DNA from: an uncultured virus (IMG/VR IMGVR_UViG_3300037517_002797)
Lineage: Duplodnaviria > Heunggongvirae > Uroviricota > Caudoviricetes
Length of the DNA: 64,000 nucleotides
Direction: 5' to 3' (one strand)
Virus record (IMG/VR): IMGVR_UViG_3300037517_002797
The translations under genes and the position numbers were made by a program. Below, piece after piece: positions 37,788 through 48,500 of the stretch (position 1 is the first letter of the stretch; every line of letters begins with the position of its first letter). Under the pieces are notes generated by a model, which was not told the DNA's origin, ran no database searches, and saw only the letters and a list, made by a program, of their open reading frames with translations.

Positions 37788-40700
37788 TGGCAATCCAAAT
37801 CCAACTTAGGCGAGGTACTGCGGCGCAGTGGTCATCAGCCAGCCCGAACCCAGTGCTTGCCATTGGTGAAATTGGAATCGAGACTGATACAGATCAGTTT
37901 AAGATTGGAGATGGCGTTACCACGTGGAACTCTCTTCCATATGGCGGACTTCAAGGTCCGACAGGCGCGACTGGCCCAACTGGTGCGCAGGGTGTTACTG
38001 GTCCGACTGGTGCAACTGGCGCAACAGGTGCAGCAAGTAGCGTCACTGGCCCAACTGGTGCGACTGGTGCGACTGGTGCGACTGGTGCAACGGGAGCCAC
38101 AGGTGCGGCGGGAACACTTGATCTTCTTAGCGATGTCACGGCTGGATCTCCAGCAAACGGCGACTTGCTTAAGTGGAACGGCACCGCATGGGTTAACTCA
38201 ACCACAATTGAAAGCCTTGTAATTTCTGGCAACTTGACAGTTAGTGGAAACACAACAACTCTCAACACAGAAACTCTTTCAGTCGAGGACAACATCGTTG
38301 TTCTTAACTCAGGTGCAACTGGCTCACCATCGTTGAACGCTGGTATTGAAGTTGAGCGTGGTGACTCAACAAATGTTGTGCTTCGTTGGAATGAAACAAA
38401 TGATAAGTGGGAAGTTACTGAAAACGGTTCAACCTACAGCAACATCACTACAACAGCGTCACTTGAAGCTCGTCTTGCTGCGGATCACTGGCACAGGCCA
38501 GCGTACTACGGGACTACAGAGGCTTTGCCGAACTCGCCGACGTACACTAATGGAACATTAGACGCAGACGGTGGCTATGGAATTGGCGCAAAACTTGAGT
38601 CATCAGCAAACGCCCGTCTTGTTGTAGACAACACACAAGTTTCTACAGGTCAACGCATTCTCGTTGTTAACCAAGCCAACGCAGTGCACAACGGCGTGTA
38701 CACGGTTACAAACCAAGGAAGCGTGTCAGCTAACTGGATCCTTACTCGAGGCGACGGTATGGATGGAACGTGGCCTGGACAAGTCACACCCGGCGAGTCT
38801 ATTTTTGTAAGCGCCGGTGAAATAAATCATGATCAAGGTTTTGCAGTTTCATCAACAGGCACTGGTACTAACGGCGCTCATATATTTGGAACTGATGCAA
38901 TCACGTTTATTCGTTACACTGGAACACAGTCATTCAACGCTGGCGCTGGTCTTGTAGCAAACGCGGCAACAAACAGTCTTGACGTAGTTACAGCAAATAC
39001 TTCGCGAATTGTCGTAAATAGCAACTCAATTGACTTGGCAACAATTACGCCAAGCAACAGTGTTGGCGACGATGGTGCGACATTTATTAAGACAGTAAAC
39101 GTTGATGGATACGGCCGTGTTACTGGAATTACAACGTCAAACGTTGCTATTCAACTTGGATCAAATACAACTGGAGATTATGTAGCAAACATTATTCCTA
39201 GCACAGGTGTGACGATTTCAAACAATGCTGGAGAAGGAGCAAATCCACTAATATCAATTGGACAAGATGTTGCAACAACAGCAAACGTGTCGTTCCACAC
39301 AGTTTCAGCAAACATCACTGGTCCAGTCGCGGGCAACCTGACAGGAAACGTGACAGGAAACGTGACGGGCGACGTGACTGGCAACTTGACGGGCAACGTC
39401 ACTGGAAACGTGAGTGGTAACGCTGGCACTGCAACAACTCTTGCAACGTCACGAACAATTGAGCTAACTGGCGATGTTATTGGTTCTGCATCATTCAATG
39501 GCTCAGCAAACGCAACAATCAGTGCAACAATTGCTGCAAATAGCGTAGCGCTTGGAAGCGATACAACAGGAGATTACACCGCGACCGTAGTTGGCGGAAC
39601 TGGTGTAACAGTTTCGTCAAACACAGGTGAAGCCTCCGCACCTACAATTGCGATTGGTCAGTCTGTAGCAACGTCAGCGAGTCCAACATTCGTAGACATG
39701 AACCTTACTGGCAACGTTGTATTTGAAGGTGCGACAGACAATACTTTTGAGACAACATTGACCGTCGCTGATCCAACAGCCGATAGAACAATTACTCTTC
39801 CAAATGTCTCAGGAACCGTTGTAACAACTGGTGATACTGGTTCGGTAACGAGCACGATGATCCTTGATGGAACAATTGTTGATGCCGACATCAATGCGTC
39901 TGCCGCTATTGACAAAACAAAGATTTCAGGAACAGCAATTACTGCCGGCGACACTGGAACAGTGACCAGCACAATGATTGCTGATGGAACAATCGTTAAT
40001 GGTGACATTAGCGCAAGCGCCGCAATTGCGCACAGCAAGTTGGCAAACGCGACTGCTGGCCAGTTGCTCTTGGGAACAACCACAACCGGTGTTGTTACTG
40101 CGACCACAGTTTCTGGTGACGTGACAATTGATGGAGCCGGCGTAACAGCTATCGCTTCTGGAGTAATCGTAGACGCTGATGTCAATGCATCGGCAGCGAT
40201 TGCAGATACAAAACTTGCAACAATTTCAACAGCAGATAAGGTTTCGCTAGCAGCACTCAACATTGACGGTGGCACAGATATTGGAGCCGCACTTGCTGAC
40301 GCAGACTTGATCATCGTTGATGATGGCGGTGCAGGAACAAACCGCAAGGCCGCAGTTACACGAGTCACAGACTATGTGTTTGGCAAGGTGTCTGGAGACA
40401 TCACAATTGCATCTAATGGTTCAGCAACAATCGCTGCAAACTCTGTTGCTCTTGGGACTGACACAACTGGAGATTACACAGCCACGGTTGTTCCAGGCAC
40501 AGGCGTAACAATCACAAGTAATACAGGTGAAGGTTCAACACCAACTATTGCAATCGGACAAGCGGTATCAAACACGTCGGCAGTTACGTTTGCAACAGTT
40601 ACGACAACTGGCGACCTAACTGTTGGCGCAAACCTCAACCTTACTGGAAACATCAACACGTACACGCAAAACAGCCTGTCAATTGACGATCCATTTATCT

Positions 40701-42139
40701 ACCTAAACAACAACAGCAACATCTCTAACCCGGACCTTGGTATTGCTGGTAACTACAACGATGGCACGTACAAACACACTGGTCTTTTCCGTGACGCAAC
40801 AGATGGTAAGTGGAAGTTCTTCCAAGACTACACTCCAGAGCCTGCAAGCCCGATTGATACAGCAAATGTGTCATACGCGGCAGCACCACTGGTAGTTAGC
40901 ACATTGGACACTACTGCTACTACTGGAACCGCGCCAATCACTGTTATGTCAACAACGCTTGTAGCGAACTTGAACGCCGATCTTCTTGACGGTCAAAGCA
41001 GTGCGTATTTTGCGCCAATAGGCAGCCCAACATTTACTGGAACAGTGACACTGCCAACAGGAACTGTCACAAGCGCAATGATCCTTGATGGAACAATTGA
41101 TAACGCCGACATTAGTACCTCAGCTGCAATTGCTCATACAAAGCTTGCATCCACAACTGCAGCGTTCGTGTTAATGGGCAACGCAACTGGCGTGGTCACT
41201 GGAACTGCAGTCAGTGGTGACGTTACAGTTACAGATGCTGGAGTAACTGCGATTTCATCTGGAGTAGTTGTAAACGATGACATTAATGCATCAGCGGCGA
41301 TTGCACTAAGCAAACTTGCAACTGGCACTGCTGGAAACATTCTGGTTTACAACACAACAGGCGTTCTTACTTCTGTTACAGAGTCAGGCGACGTAACAAT
41401 TTCAGATGCTGGTGTCACAGCCATCGCGTCTGGAGTAATTGTTAATGCAGATGTAAACGATTCAGCAGCGATTGACTTTAGCAAACTTGCAACTCTTACA
41501 AGTGGAAATATCTTGGTAGGTAGCGCAAGCAACGTTGTCACGTCAGTAGCAGTCAGCGGCGACGTAACAATCGCAGCTAACGGTAACGTGCAGATTGCGT
41601 CAGGCGCAATCGTCAACGCAGACATTAGCGCTTCGGCCGCAATTGAGCTCTCAAAACTTGCAACTAGTACTGCTGGAAACATCATTGTGTACGATGCTTC
41701 AGGTGTTCCGACCGCGGTTACTGAGTCTGGTGACGTAGTAATTGACTCATCTGGCGTTACATCAATTAGTGCTGGAGTAATTGTCAACGCGGACATCAGT
41801 GCTACAGCAGCCATTGACCTCGGTAAACTTGCTGATGTCTCGACGAGTGCTCAGACCGCGAGCTACACTCTTCTACTTGCGGATAAGAACAAGGTCGTTG
41901 AAATGAGCGTTGGCTCTGCAAACAACCTTACAGTTCCAACAAACGCAAACGTAGCATATCCACTTGGATCGCAGATCATGGTTCTTCAGACAGGCTCTGG
42001 CCAGACAACAATTGTTGGCCAGGGTGGAGTAACAGTAAACGGTACTCCAGGGCTTAAGCTTCGCACTCAATGGTCTATGGCTACTTTGATTAAGAGAGCT
42101 ACAGATACATGGGTAGCTGTTGGAGACTTGTCAGCCTAG
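37787..42139 (+). CDS. long tail fibre protein
   Basis: [11 protein letters not shown]...[19 protein letters not shown]-terminus, short collagen, GNVT repeats, IVNADI.ASAAI repeats, C-terminal W...GDL. Confidence 0.85.
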   Translation: MAIQIQLRRGTAAQWSSASPNPVLAIGEIGIETDTDQFKIGDGVTTWNSLPYGGLQGPTGATGPTGAQGVTGPTGATGATGAASSVTGPTGATGATGATGATGATGAAGTLDLLSDVTAGSPANGDLLKWNGTAWVNSTTIESLVISGNLTVSGNTTTLNTETLSVEDNIVVLNSGATGSPSLNAGIEVERGDSTNVVLRWNETNDKWEVTENGSTYSNITTTASLEARLAADHWHRPAYYGTTEALPNSPTYTNGTLDADGGYGIGAKLESSANARLVVDNTQVSTGQRILVVNQANAVHNGVYTVTNQGSVSANWILTRGDGMDGTWPGQVTPGESIFVSAGEINHDQGFAVSSTGTGTNGAHIFGTDAITFIRYTGTQSFNAGAGLVANAATNSLDVVTANTSRIVVNSNSIDLATITPSNSVGDDGATFIKTVNVDGYGRVTGITTSNVAIQLGSNTTGDYVANIIPSTGVTISNNAGEGANPLISIGQDVATTANVSFHTVSANITGPVAGNLTGNVTGNVTGDVTGNLTGNVTGNVSGNAGTATTLATSRTIELTGDVIGSASFNGSANATISATIAANSVALGSDTTGDYTATVVGGTGVTVSSNTGEASAPTIAIGQSVATSASPTFVDMNLTGNVVFEGATDNTFETTLTVADPTADRTITLPNVSGTVVTTGDTGSVTSTMILDGTIVDADINASAAIDKTKISGTAITAGDTGTVTSTMIADGTIVNGDISASAAIAHSKLANATAGQLLLGTTTTGVVTATTVSGDVTIDGAGVTAIASGVIVDADVNASAAIADTKLATISTADKVSLAALNIDGGTDIGAALADADLIIVDDGGAGTNRKAAVTRVTDYVFGKVSGDITIASNGSATIAANSVALGTDTTGDYTATVVPGTGVTITSNTGEGSTPTIAIGQAVSNTSAVTFATVTTTGDLTVGANLNLTGNINTYTQNSLSIDDPFIYLNNNSNISNPDLGIAGNYNDGTYKHTGLFRDATDGKWKFFQDYTPEPASPIDTANVSYAAAPLVVSTLDTTATTGTAPITVMSTTLVANLNADLLDGQSSAYFAPIGSPTFTGTVTLPTGTVTSAMILDGTIDNADISTSAAIAHTKLASTTAAFVLMGNATGVVTGTAVSGDVTVTDAGVTAISSGVVVNDDINASAAIALSKLATGTAGNILVYNTTGVLTSVTESGDVTISDAGVTAIASGVIVNADVNDSAAIDFSKLATLTSGNILVGSASNVVTSVAVSGDVTIAANGNVQIASGAIVNADISASAAIELSKLATSTAGNIIVYDASGVPTAVTESGDVVIDSSGVTSISAGVIVNADISATAAIDLGKLADVSTSAQTASYTLLLADKNKVVEMSVGSANNLTVPTNANVAYPLGSQIMVLQTGSGQTTIVGQGGVTVNGTPGLKLRTQWSMATLIKRATDTWVAVGDLSA

Positions 42140-42169
42140 AGCTGACAATCGTGTTACGATTGGATTGAC

Positions 42170-42877
42170 ATGGCATCAGTAAAAGACAGTGGCGGAAAAA
42201 AGCCGAACGCACCTACGATTGGCACTGCGACAAGAAACGTAGACACTGGCGCCGTGTCTGTTGCATTTACTCCAGGTTACGGCGGAAAAAACACGCCAAC
42301 GTACACAGTTACATCAAGTCCTGGCAGCCTCACCGGCACTGGTTCTTCTTCACCAATAACTGTCACAGGTCTTACCGCAGGAACTGCGTACACGTTCGCG
42401 GTTACGGCGACAAGCAACGGAATTACTTCTGATGCGTCGGCAGCGTCTAACTCAGAAACGCCAGGAGTTAGGCCTTCTGCTCCAACAATCGGCACAGCAA
42501 CTGGAGGCAACGCTCAAGCAACTGTTGCGTACACTGCCGGTGCAGTAGGCTCTGGCGGCGTTACATACACTGCAACGTCAAGCCCGGGTGGAATAACGGC
42601 TACTGGTGCTTCCCCAATTACTGTGACTGGTCTAACTAACGGTACAGCTTATACATTTACTGTTACAGCGTCTAACGCTTACGGTTCAAACGTATCAGCA
42701 GCGTCCAACTCAGTTACTCCAGTAGCTCCGCCATATTTTCCACCGTACTTCCCACCGTACTTCCCACCCTACTTTCCTCCGTTTTTTCCACCATTCTTTC
42801 CTCCGTTCTTCCCACCGTTCTTCCCACCGTACTTCCCACCGTACTTTCCACCATTCTTTCCTCCGTTTTTTAAGTAA
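42170..42877 (+). CDS. double fibronectin type III protein with C-terminal (PP[YF]F)12 tail
   Basis: Two P.APTIGTAT...TVTGLT.GTAYTF.VTA..ASNS.TP units, then 12 tetrapeptide repeats. Confidence 0.85.
   Translation: MASVKDSGGKKPNAPTIGTATRNVDTGAVSVAFTPGYGGKNTPTYTVTSSPGSLTGTGSSSPITVTGLTAGTAYTFAVTATSNGITSDASAASNSETPGVRPSAPTIGTATGGNAQATVAYTAGAVGSGGVTYTATSSPGGITATGASPITVTGLTNGTAYTFTVTASNAYGSNVSAASNSVTPVAPPYFPPYFPPYFPPYFPPFFPPFFPPFFPPFFPPYFPPYFPPFFPPFFK
42728..42871 (+). repeat. 12 x 12-bp coding tandem repeat (PPYF x4, PPFF x4, PPYF x2, PPFF x2)
   Basis: Codons parsed directly; synonymous variation between units. Confidence 0.95.
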
Positions 42878-42898
42878 AAGTGTTGATACAATACATAC

Positions 42899-43519
42899 GT
42901 GAGCTCTCCATGGAAGATTCAGCCAGGGTACTTTGGTAACGGACCAGAAAATATCCATGTAATTGACAATTTCATCGAGTTAGATGATCTTCGTGAAATA
43001 TCTTCATTTGCAAAAACAATTACAGAGTGGTCAAACCCAAAAACTGAAAACGAGTACGCAGAAGACGGCACATGCACGTACAACGCGGCATATTGGAACA
43101 ATCGCCAATGCTCTGACACTATTCTTGCAAGAATATCTCCGCATATTTACAACTTGGTTGATAAGTACATTGACAAGATGCAAAGTTACGCCGAAGAAAC
43201 ATTCAACTGCAAGTTGACAAAACGCCCACCGTGCATTATTCGCTGGTTTCAAGGAATAGAACAAAGACCGCACGCGGACAAGCAAATGAATGACGGATCG
43301 CCTAATCCTTTTCCAGACTACGACCTAAACTCATTGTTCTACTACAATGATGACTTTGAGGGTGGAGAACTGTACTATCCAGACCATGATATTTCTATAA
43401 AGCCAAAACCAGGTCTTGCAGTTTTACACCCAGGAGACATTAACTATCTTCACGGAGTAAAAATGGTTACCGCTGGCGAAAGGTTTACAACACCGGCGTT
43501 TTACACCGTGGTTGGTTAA
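42899..43519 (+). CDS. 2OG-Fe(II) oxygenase, P4H-like
   Basis: HAD...YYNDDFEGGELY...HGV...R. Confidence 0.9.
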   Translation: MSSPWKIQPGYFGNGPENIHVIDNFIELDDLREISSFAKTITEWSNPKTENEYAEDGTCTYNAAYWNNRQCSDTILARISPHIYNLVDKYIDKMQSYAEETFNCKLTKRPPCIIRWFQGIEQRPHADKQMNDGSPNPFPDYDLNSLFYYNDDFEGGELYYPDHDISIKPKPGLAVLHPGDINYLHGVKMVTAGERFTTPAFYTVVG

Positions 43520-43545
43520 TATAGTTATACGCAAAAGGAGACGTA

Positions 43546-44205
43546 ATGAACACTGAGCACATTGGTGACCCGAAGCTTGGCATGCTGGTATATAGAAATG
43601 CACTGCCAGAAGACCTAGAAATTATTTCTCGTCTTGAAAAGACAATTGGCAGTAGCACTATAGCGCCGTTTATGTGGATGGAAGCTTTAGTCGGTCACGC
43701 GCAAAGAATGCCAGAGTACAGAGACTGCGTAGATTGCAAAATTGGTGATGTCCACCTTAGGCATTTACCTCCACAATTTGAAGAGATTAGAAACGTGTAC
43801 AACGACACGGCTGCAGCCATAAAAAATTGCTTGTCTGACTACCAATCGGGGTACAACATAAACATGCAGTACATGGAAGCGATCAATTTTATTCGCTACT
43901 CAGCAGGGCAGCACTTTCAAATTCACACTGATCACGGGTTTTCGTATACTTGCACTGTTTCGTCAATCGCGTATATAAACGACGACTACGACGGAGGCGA
44001 ACTGTGGTTTCCGTACTTAGATATTTCATATAAAGCAACTGCTGGAGACATAGTTATGTTTCCGTCAACTTACATATACGCACACGCCGCTAAACCTGTA
44101 ACACAAGGCACAAAATACTCTGCAGTTACGATGTTTGACTACAACGACCGCAACCATGACATCAAAGGCAGCCGTGATGGCGTAGCCGCACCAGCCCAAT
44201 ATTAG
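43546..44205 (+). CDS. 2OG-Fe(II) oxygenase, P4H-like
   Basis: HTD...YINDDYDGGEL...HAA.PV..GTKY. Confidence 0.9.
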   Translation: MNTEHIGDPKLGMLVYRNALPEDLEIISRLEKTIGSSTIAPFMWMEALVGHAQRMPEYRDCVDCKIGDVHLRHLPPQFEEIRNVYNDTAAAIKNCLSDYQSGYNINMQYMEAINFIRYSAGQHFQIHTDHGFSYTCTVSSIAYINDDYDGGELWFPYLDISYKATAGDIVMFPSTYIYAHAAKPVTQGTKYSAVTMFDYNDRNHDIKGSRDGVAAPAQY

Positions 44206-44224
44206 AATTTTAAGTAGAGGAACT

Positions 44225-44827
44225 ATGGAAATACGACCAGAAGAAATCCCAGTGTTAGAAGATCTTGGCACGTCGCTGTACGAGTTTGTTCTTGAAGACC
44301 TTGACTCTGGCGTCAATGTTCTTGAAAGTAACAAAGGCAAAGTAACAATGATCGTAAATGTCACCGGCGAGTGCGCTAACTCGGCGCAGTACATTCCTAT
44401 TCAATCTCTTTATGACGAGTATAAAGACCGAGGATTCGAAGTAGTGGCTGTGCCAAGCACAGATTTTTGCGAGCACGCTTACGGTGAGTTTACGGATTCA
44501 AACGCAAGTCCTCAAAATATGAGAGATCATATGAAAAAACTGTATAAGACAGATCTTCCGTTTTCAAAGCTAACTGCAACTGTTGAAAACTCAAAGACGG
44601 GGCTTGACATACACCCATTGTATGAAAAACTTCAAAGTATTGGCGGCCCAATGCAAGGAAACTTTGAAAAAATCATTATCTCAAAAAATGGAAAAAAGAT
44701 ATTTAGGTTCTGCAATTCAGATCTTCTTAACTTAGGCTACGACGCCGGCGACAGATCAATTGACGCAGACACAGCGCTAATTTTTATCAAGGAAGCAATT
44801 GAAACGCTACTTAATGAAGAAGAGTAA
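44225..44827 (+). CDS. glutathione peroxidase-like protein (atypical)
   Basis: KGKV..IVNV..EC, GFEVVA.P..DF, HPLY..L, GNFEK. Confidence 0.75.
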   Translation: MEIRPEEIPVLEDLGTSLYEFVLEDLDSGVNVLESNKGKVTMIVNVTGECANSAQYIPIQSLYDEYKDRGFEVVAVPSTDFCEHAYGEFTDSNASPQNMRDHMKKLYKTDLPFSKLTATVENSKTGLDIHPLYEKLQSIGGPMQGNFEKIIISKNGKKIFRFCNSDLLNLGYDAGDRSIDADTALIFIKEAIETLLNEEE

Positions 44828-44878
44828 AGAAGCAGGCATCTTAAGACACAGTAAGACTAGCGAAAGGTACATCATCAA

Positions 44879-45583
44879 ATGACAAAAGTACGGCTAACTC
44901 GGGGACATCAAAACGCACCATTAGTTCAGCAGTCTCGTATCAAGCGAGATTGGATGGACGATACTTACAATAAGCATGCGTATCAATGCCTGCCAATGAC
45001 AGTAGCAAATGTCAGCGGTTGGGAGCTTGTGCTGGACGAAGATCTTGTGGTTATTTGGGAAGGTGGAAATAGTGTTGTCAAAGTGATAAGCGGAGGAACG
45101 CAAAAAGACAGGCAAGTTGCCCACCCGTCTATGATTGGGATTATTTCTCTTAGCACCGGCTGGGCTATCAACACTGAAGAAGGTTATGCGACTTGGGTGA
45201 CTGGCTCACCAAACTACTTCATTGATGGCGCAGTTCCTCTTGCGGCAACTATCCCAAGCAGTTGGTGGCCTGACGAAGTTCAAATGAATTGGAAGATTAC
45301 CAAGGTCAACGAGCCAGTGACTTTTCCAGCAGGTACTCCATATTGTTTTTTCACTATCTACCCAGAAAATCTTTTAGAGTCTGTAGAATTTGAAGTAGGC
45401 AATATCTGGGATAAGCCAGACCTTATTGAGTCTCGGGTCAAGTATAGCGATATGAAGATGAAGAACCAAGAAGACAATCCATGGACTTGGACTAAAGGTA
45501 TCAAAACAGGGCTAGACGCAGACGGTAACCGCATCGGGCCAACATTTACTGGACTACCAAAACTGAATGAACCGCATGCATGA
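44879..45583 (+). CDS. DUF6065-like protein
   Basis: RDWMD.T..KHAY.CLP...AN..GW, G.PN, MNWK.T. Confidence 0.7.
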   Translation: MTKVRLTRGHQNAPLVQQSRIKRDWMDDTYNKHAYQCLPMTVANVSGWELVLDEDLVVIWEGGNSVVKVISGGTQKDRQVAHPSMIGIISLSTGWAINTEEGYATWVTGSPNYFIDGAVPLAATIPSSWWPDEVQMNWKITKVNEPVTFPAGTPYCFFTIYPENLLESVEFEVGNIWDKPDLIESRVKYSDMKMKNQEDNPWTWTKGIKTGLDADGNRIGPTFTGLPKLNEPHA

Positions 45584-46142
45584 GTTGCTAACTTTAATGG
45601 CAACGCATGCCTATGTCTCTCAAATTGACGGCATTGACTATGGCGTAGTGACAGCGGAAGTTCTTCAACAGGACTTGGTGTTTTCAAGAGGCTATGGTTT
45701 TCGCGTGTATCCAGACTCAAATGAATGCCACAAGTTGCGAAACTCTATTGAACTATTAGCAAATACTGTTCTTCCATTGCCAGTAAACCTAACAGACATA
45801 TGGGCGACTACGACTAGCAAGGGCGAGTCGGTTTCATACCATTCACACCACTCCAACACTCACATGAGACCAGAAGAATATTGGAGTGGAGTTGTCTACA
45901 CATCTTCTGACGACAACTCAGCCGAGTTGGTTTTACATTCATTTGGCTATAACAGGATTGAGTCAATGACCAAGATAAAGCCAGAGATTGGCAAAGTAGC
46001 GTTTTTTAACTCGTATGTTCCGCATTTTACAACTATGCACCAGTCTGACACGCCTAGGGTTGCAATCAGTTTTAACTTAAAGCCAAAAAATCCAAACATC
46101 ACAGAGGTGCCAGACATGGGTGTGTACAGAGGTGACAAGTGA
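45576..46142 (+). CDS. putative 2OG-Fe(II) oxygenase, HxH type
   Basis: YHSH...SGVVY...P..G....F.SY.PH...R..ISFN. Confidence 0.75.
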   Translation: MHELLTLMATHAYVSQIDGIDYGVVTAEVLQQDLVFSRGYGFRVYPDSNECHKLRNSIELLANTVLPLPVNLTDIWATTTSKGESVSYHSHHSNTHMRPEEYWSGVVYTSSDDNSAELVLHSFGYNRIESMTKIKPEIGKVAFFNSYVPHFTTMHQSDTPRVAISFNLKPKNPNITEVPDMGVYRGDK

Positions 46143-46330
46143 ATGACTTAGCAAAAGAACAGGCAAAGCAGTATCTAAAAAAGTCTATAGACACGCTGCA
46201 ATCAATTCTAGGAGTAGATGCGTTTTCTCTTACTGAAATTCCTGTAGACAAGTCTTCACAGATGTACGACTCATACTATTGCTTAATGCATGAAGTAGCT
46301 GCCTACAGAAAGCTACTTGATAATGAATAG
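46139..46330 (+). CDS. small hypothetical protein
   Basis: GTGA coupling in operon. Confidence 0.6.
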   Translation: MNDLAKEQAKQYLKKSIDTLQSILGVDAFSLTEIPVDKSSQMYDSYYCLMHEVAAYRKLLDNE

Positions 46331-46796
46331 TGAAGAAATGGTTGGGCAAGATCCGACTGACTACCCATCATTAGACAACAATGGCGTAGTTTGGGACAAA
46401 GCTACTGAAACATGGGTGGTTGAAAACGGTTCTTCAGCTCATTGTCATTTGTACGGTCCTCCAGTAGAAAGACTCCCTCGTGGAGAAACTCATCTTGTAT
46501 GGGACAGCCCGACAGATGTTGCGCATTCAGACACAGTAAAAAAGTACGATAGTGGCGCAGACTACGAGTACCACAAGACACAGTTGCACGCGCACATGTA
46601 CGTGTTGGGATTCTCTGACGATGAGATTGACCGTCTTACTGTAGATGACCTAATTCATAAGGTCCGTGAAGTGTACAAGTACAAGCAAGTTGCACACGAG
46701 CTGGCAGGCCAAGTTTACATCAAAAGAAAAAACATTGCTATGGTTAGAGGTATCCGAAGAGCAAATCACAGAATTCAGGTTGCCAGCCGTGGATAA
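46323..46796 (+). CDS. hypothetical protein
   Basis: Overlap-coupled ORF. Confidence 0.65.
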   Translation: MNSEEMVGQDPTDYPSLDNNGVVWDKATETWVVENGSSAHCHLYGPPVERLPRGETHLVWDSPTDVAHSDTVKKYDSGADYEYHKTQLHAHMYVLGFSDDEIDRLTVDDLIHKVREVYKYKQVAHELAGQVYIKRKNIAMVRGIRRANHRIQVASRG

Positions 46797-47517
46797 CAGC
46801 TATAACATTCCACGAATTGTTGATGCATTCTCTAAAACTCAAAGTTACGTGCCGTCATTTCCTGGCAAGTACTACAAACTATCTTCTACAATTATGGCTG
46901 AGTACACAGCGGCACTGGACTTTGACAGAAGAAACATAGCCACGGGAGGTGTTGACTTGTCAATATTTCCATGGGAAATGTTTGCCGATACAAATGAAAG
47001 AACTTTGCGTACATATACGCTTTCGCAAGTAATACAAGATCTTTTGTATCAACTGCAACAACCAAAGTCAGTGTTGATATGCGGGCCAGACATGTCTAAC
47101 ACCCGCGTAATTCAATGCTGCGAAGACGCAAATGTTGATGTTACTCTACTAAACACGGTTTTCCTTGACTACTTCGAGCAATGCGTAAAGACAATAAACC
47201 CAAGATTTGCAAGTGTCAACTATGATGTTCTTACCATGCAAGATCTAGAGTCAGGCAATTCAAAAAAGTTTGATTTGATTGAACTATGGCATAACCAAGT
47301 AGATACGACGTTTACAAACATTCATTACTACACGTCTTTACTGAACGACAAAGGCATGCTTTTGATCAATGGAAGCTCAGACTGGGCGTTTCTCTACGAA
47401 AACGAGACAGACGCACACCCAATGTTTGACCTGCACGACGAACTAAAAAGCGATGAATCTTTGTACGTGTACCACATTCCTTTGCACTATGGATATACAG
47501 TGGCGGTTAAGAAATGA
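46789..47517 (+). CDS. degenerate Rossmann methyltransferase-like protein
   Basis: PKSVLICG, KFDLI, LLN..GMLLI; start inferred at GTG 46789. Confidence 0.45.
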   Translation: MDNSYNIPRIVDAFSKTQSYVPSFPGKYYKLSSTIMAEYTAALDFDRRNIATGGVDLSIFPWEMFADTNERTLRTYTLSQVIQDLLYQLQQPKSVLICGPDMSNTRVIQCCEDANVDVTLLNTVFLDYFEQCVKTINPRFASVNYDVLTMQDLESGNSKKFDLIELWHNQVDTTFTNIHYYTSLLNDKGMLLINGSSDWAFLYENETDAHPMFDLHDELKSDESLYVYHIPLHYGYTVAVKK

Positions 47518-48500
47518 AAGTCATAGATAACTTCATAACAGATCAGCAGCTTCTTAGCGCGGTTAGAAGCGATAATTCTTTCTTCCCCGAGTCAATGGGT
47601 GACGGCCAAAGAATAGCAGAGCAACTAAACTCGTACCACTACCAAGATTCTAGTGTGTACTCTCCGTACTTGTTCTGGGACGGTTGGTGGAAAAGCCCAG
47701 CGAACACGCTTAAGAAAAAAGTAATTCGTGCGATATGGGAAAATAACCTTGATTATCAGTTAGAAGATATCGTTGGTTTTGAGTACTGGACCAGGACTTT
47801 TGGCCCTGGGCAGGTACTAAGTCCTCATGTTGACGAAGACACATTTCTTTATGAAGAAAGCAAGACTTTCAGTGGGCCAATTGCTGGCTGCGTGTACTAC
47901 GGAGAACATAACCATGACGGAGGTTTTCTAGAGATTCATAAGAGTGTTCTCACTGACGGCGAGAAAAACGCGCTCGAAAGAGAAAATATTGAATCATTGT
48001 TTTCACCAACTGAAGATCTTGAAAGAATTGCGTACAGAGGAAACCGCTTAGTCATCTTTGACACTGGCCACGTTTTGCACGGAACAACTCCTGCTAAGTC
48101 GGGGACACGTCAGGTAATGGTTGTAAATGTTTGGCATAAAAACAATCCTCCCCGCGGGCTTGCGCTAAACAAATTTGCGTACGAAGCGCCAGACCAGACT
48201 CAAGCAATTGAGCCTACTCAATTTTCTCTTAAAGTAAGATCTCCTCTTGGCACGGACGACTACAGTGTCGAGATGACTGGAAAAACAACCGCGGCAATTA
48301 CACACTACAGAGGCCGAGTAGATATTGAAGACGTTAGTTTTGATGGAACGTCATTTTGTGCTTGTTTTGCAGTAAGCACACCAATGACCACAGATGTTGA
48401 CTTAAGATTTACTGTTGATCGGTCCACCGGGTTTATAGCAGGGACTGCTGATATTGGAAAGTTTATGTCAGTTTCAATTGAAGGACTGGTAGTTCAATGA
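47514..48500 (+). CDS. 2OG-Fe(II) oxygenase with extra C-terminal beta domain
   Basis: GFEYW, PHVDED, NRLVIFD...LHG...R...VN.W. Confidence 0.8.
   Translation: MKVIDNFITDQQLLSAVRSDNSFFPESMGDGQRIAEQLNSYHYQDSSVYSPYLFWDGWWKSPANTLKKKVIRAIWENNLDYQLEDIVGFEYWTRTFGPGQVLSPHVDEDTFLYEESKTFSGPIAGCVYYGEHNHDGGFLEIHKSVLTDGEKNALERENIESLFSPTEDLERIAYRGNRLVIFDTGHVLHGTTPAKSGTRQVMVVNVWHKNNPPRGLALNKFAYEAPDQTQAIEPTQFSLKVRSPLGTDDYSVEMTGKTTAAITHYRGRVDIEDVSFDGTSFCACFAVSTPMTTDVDLRFTVDRSTGFIAGTADIGKFMSVSIEGLVVQ

Noticed and set aside
42728..42871. Possible CRISPR array or DGR variable region
   Set aside because: 12-bp coding units without spacers; no cas gene, reverse transcriptase or template repeat seen
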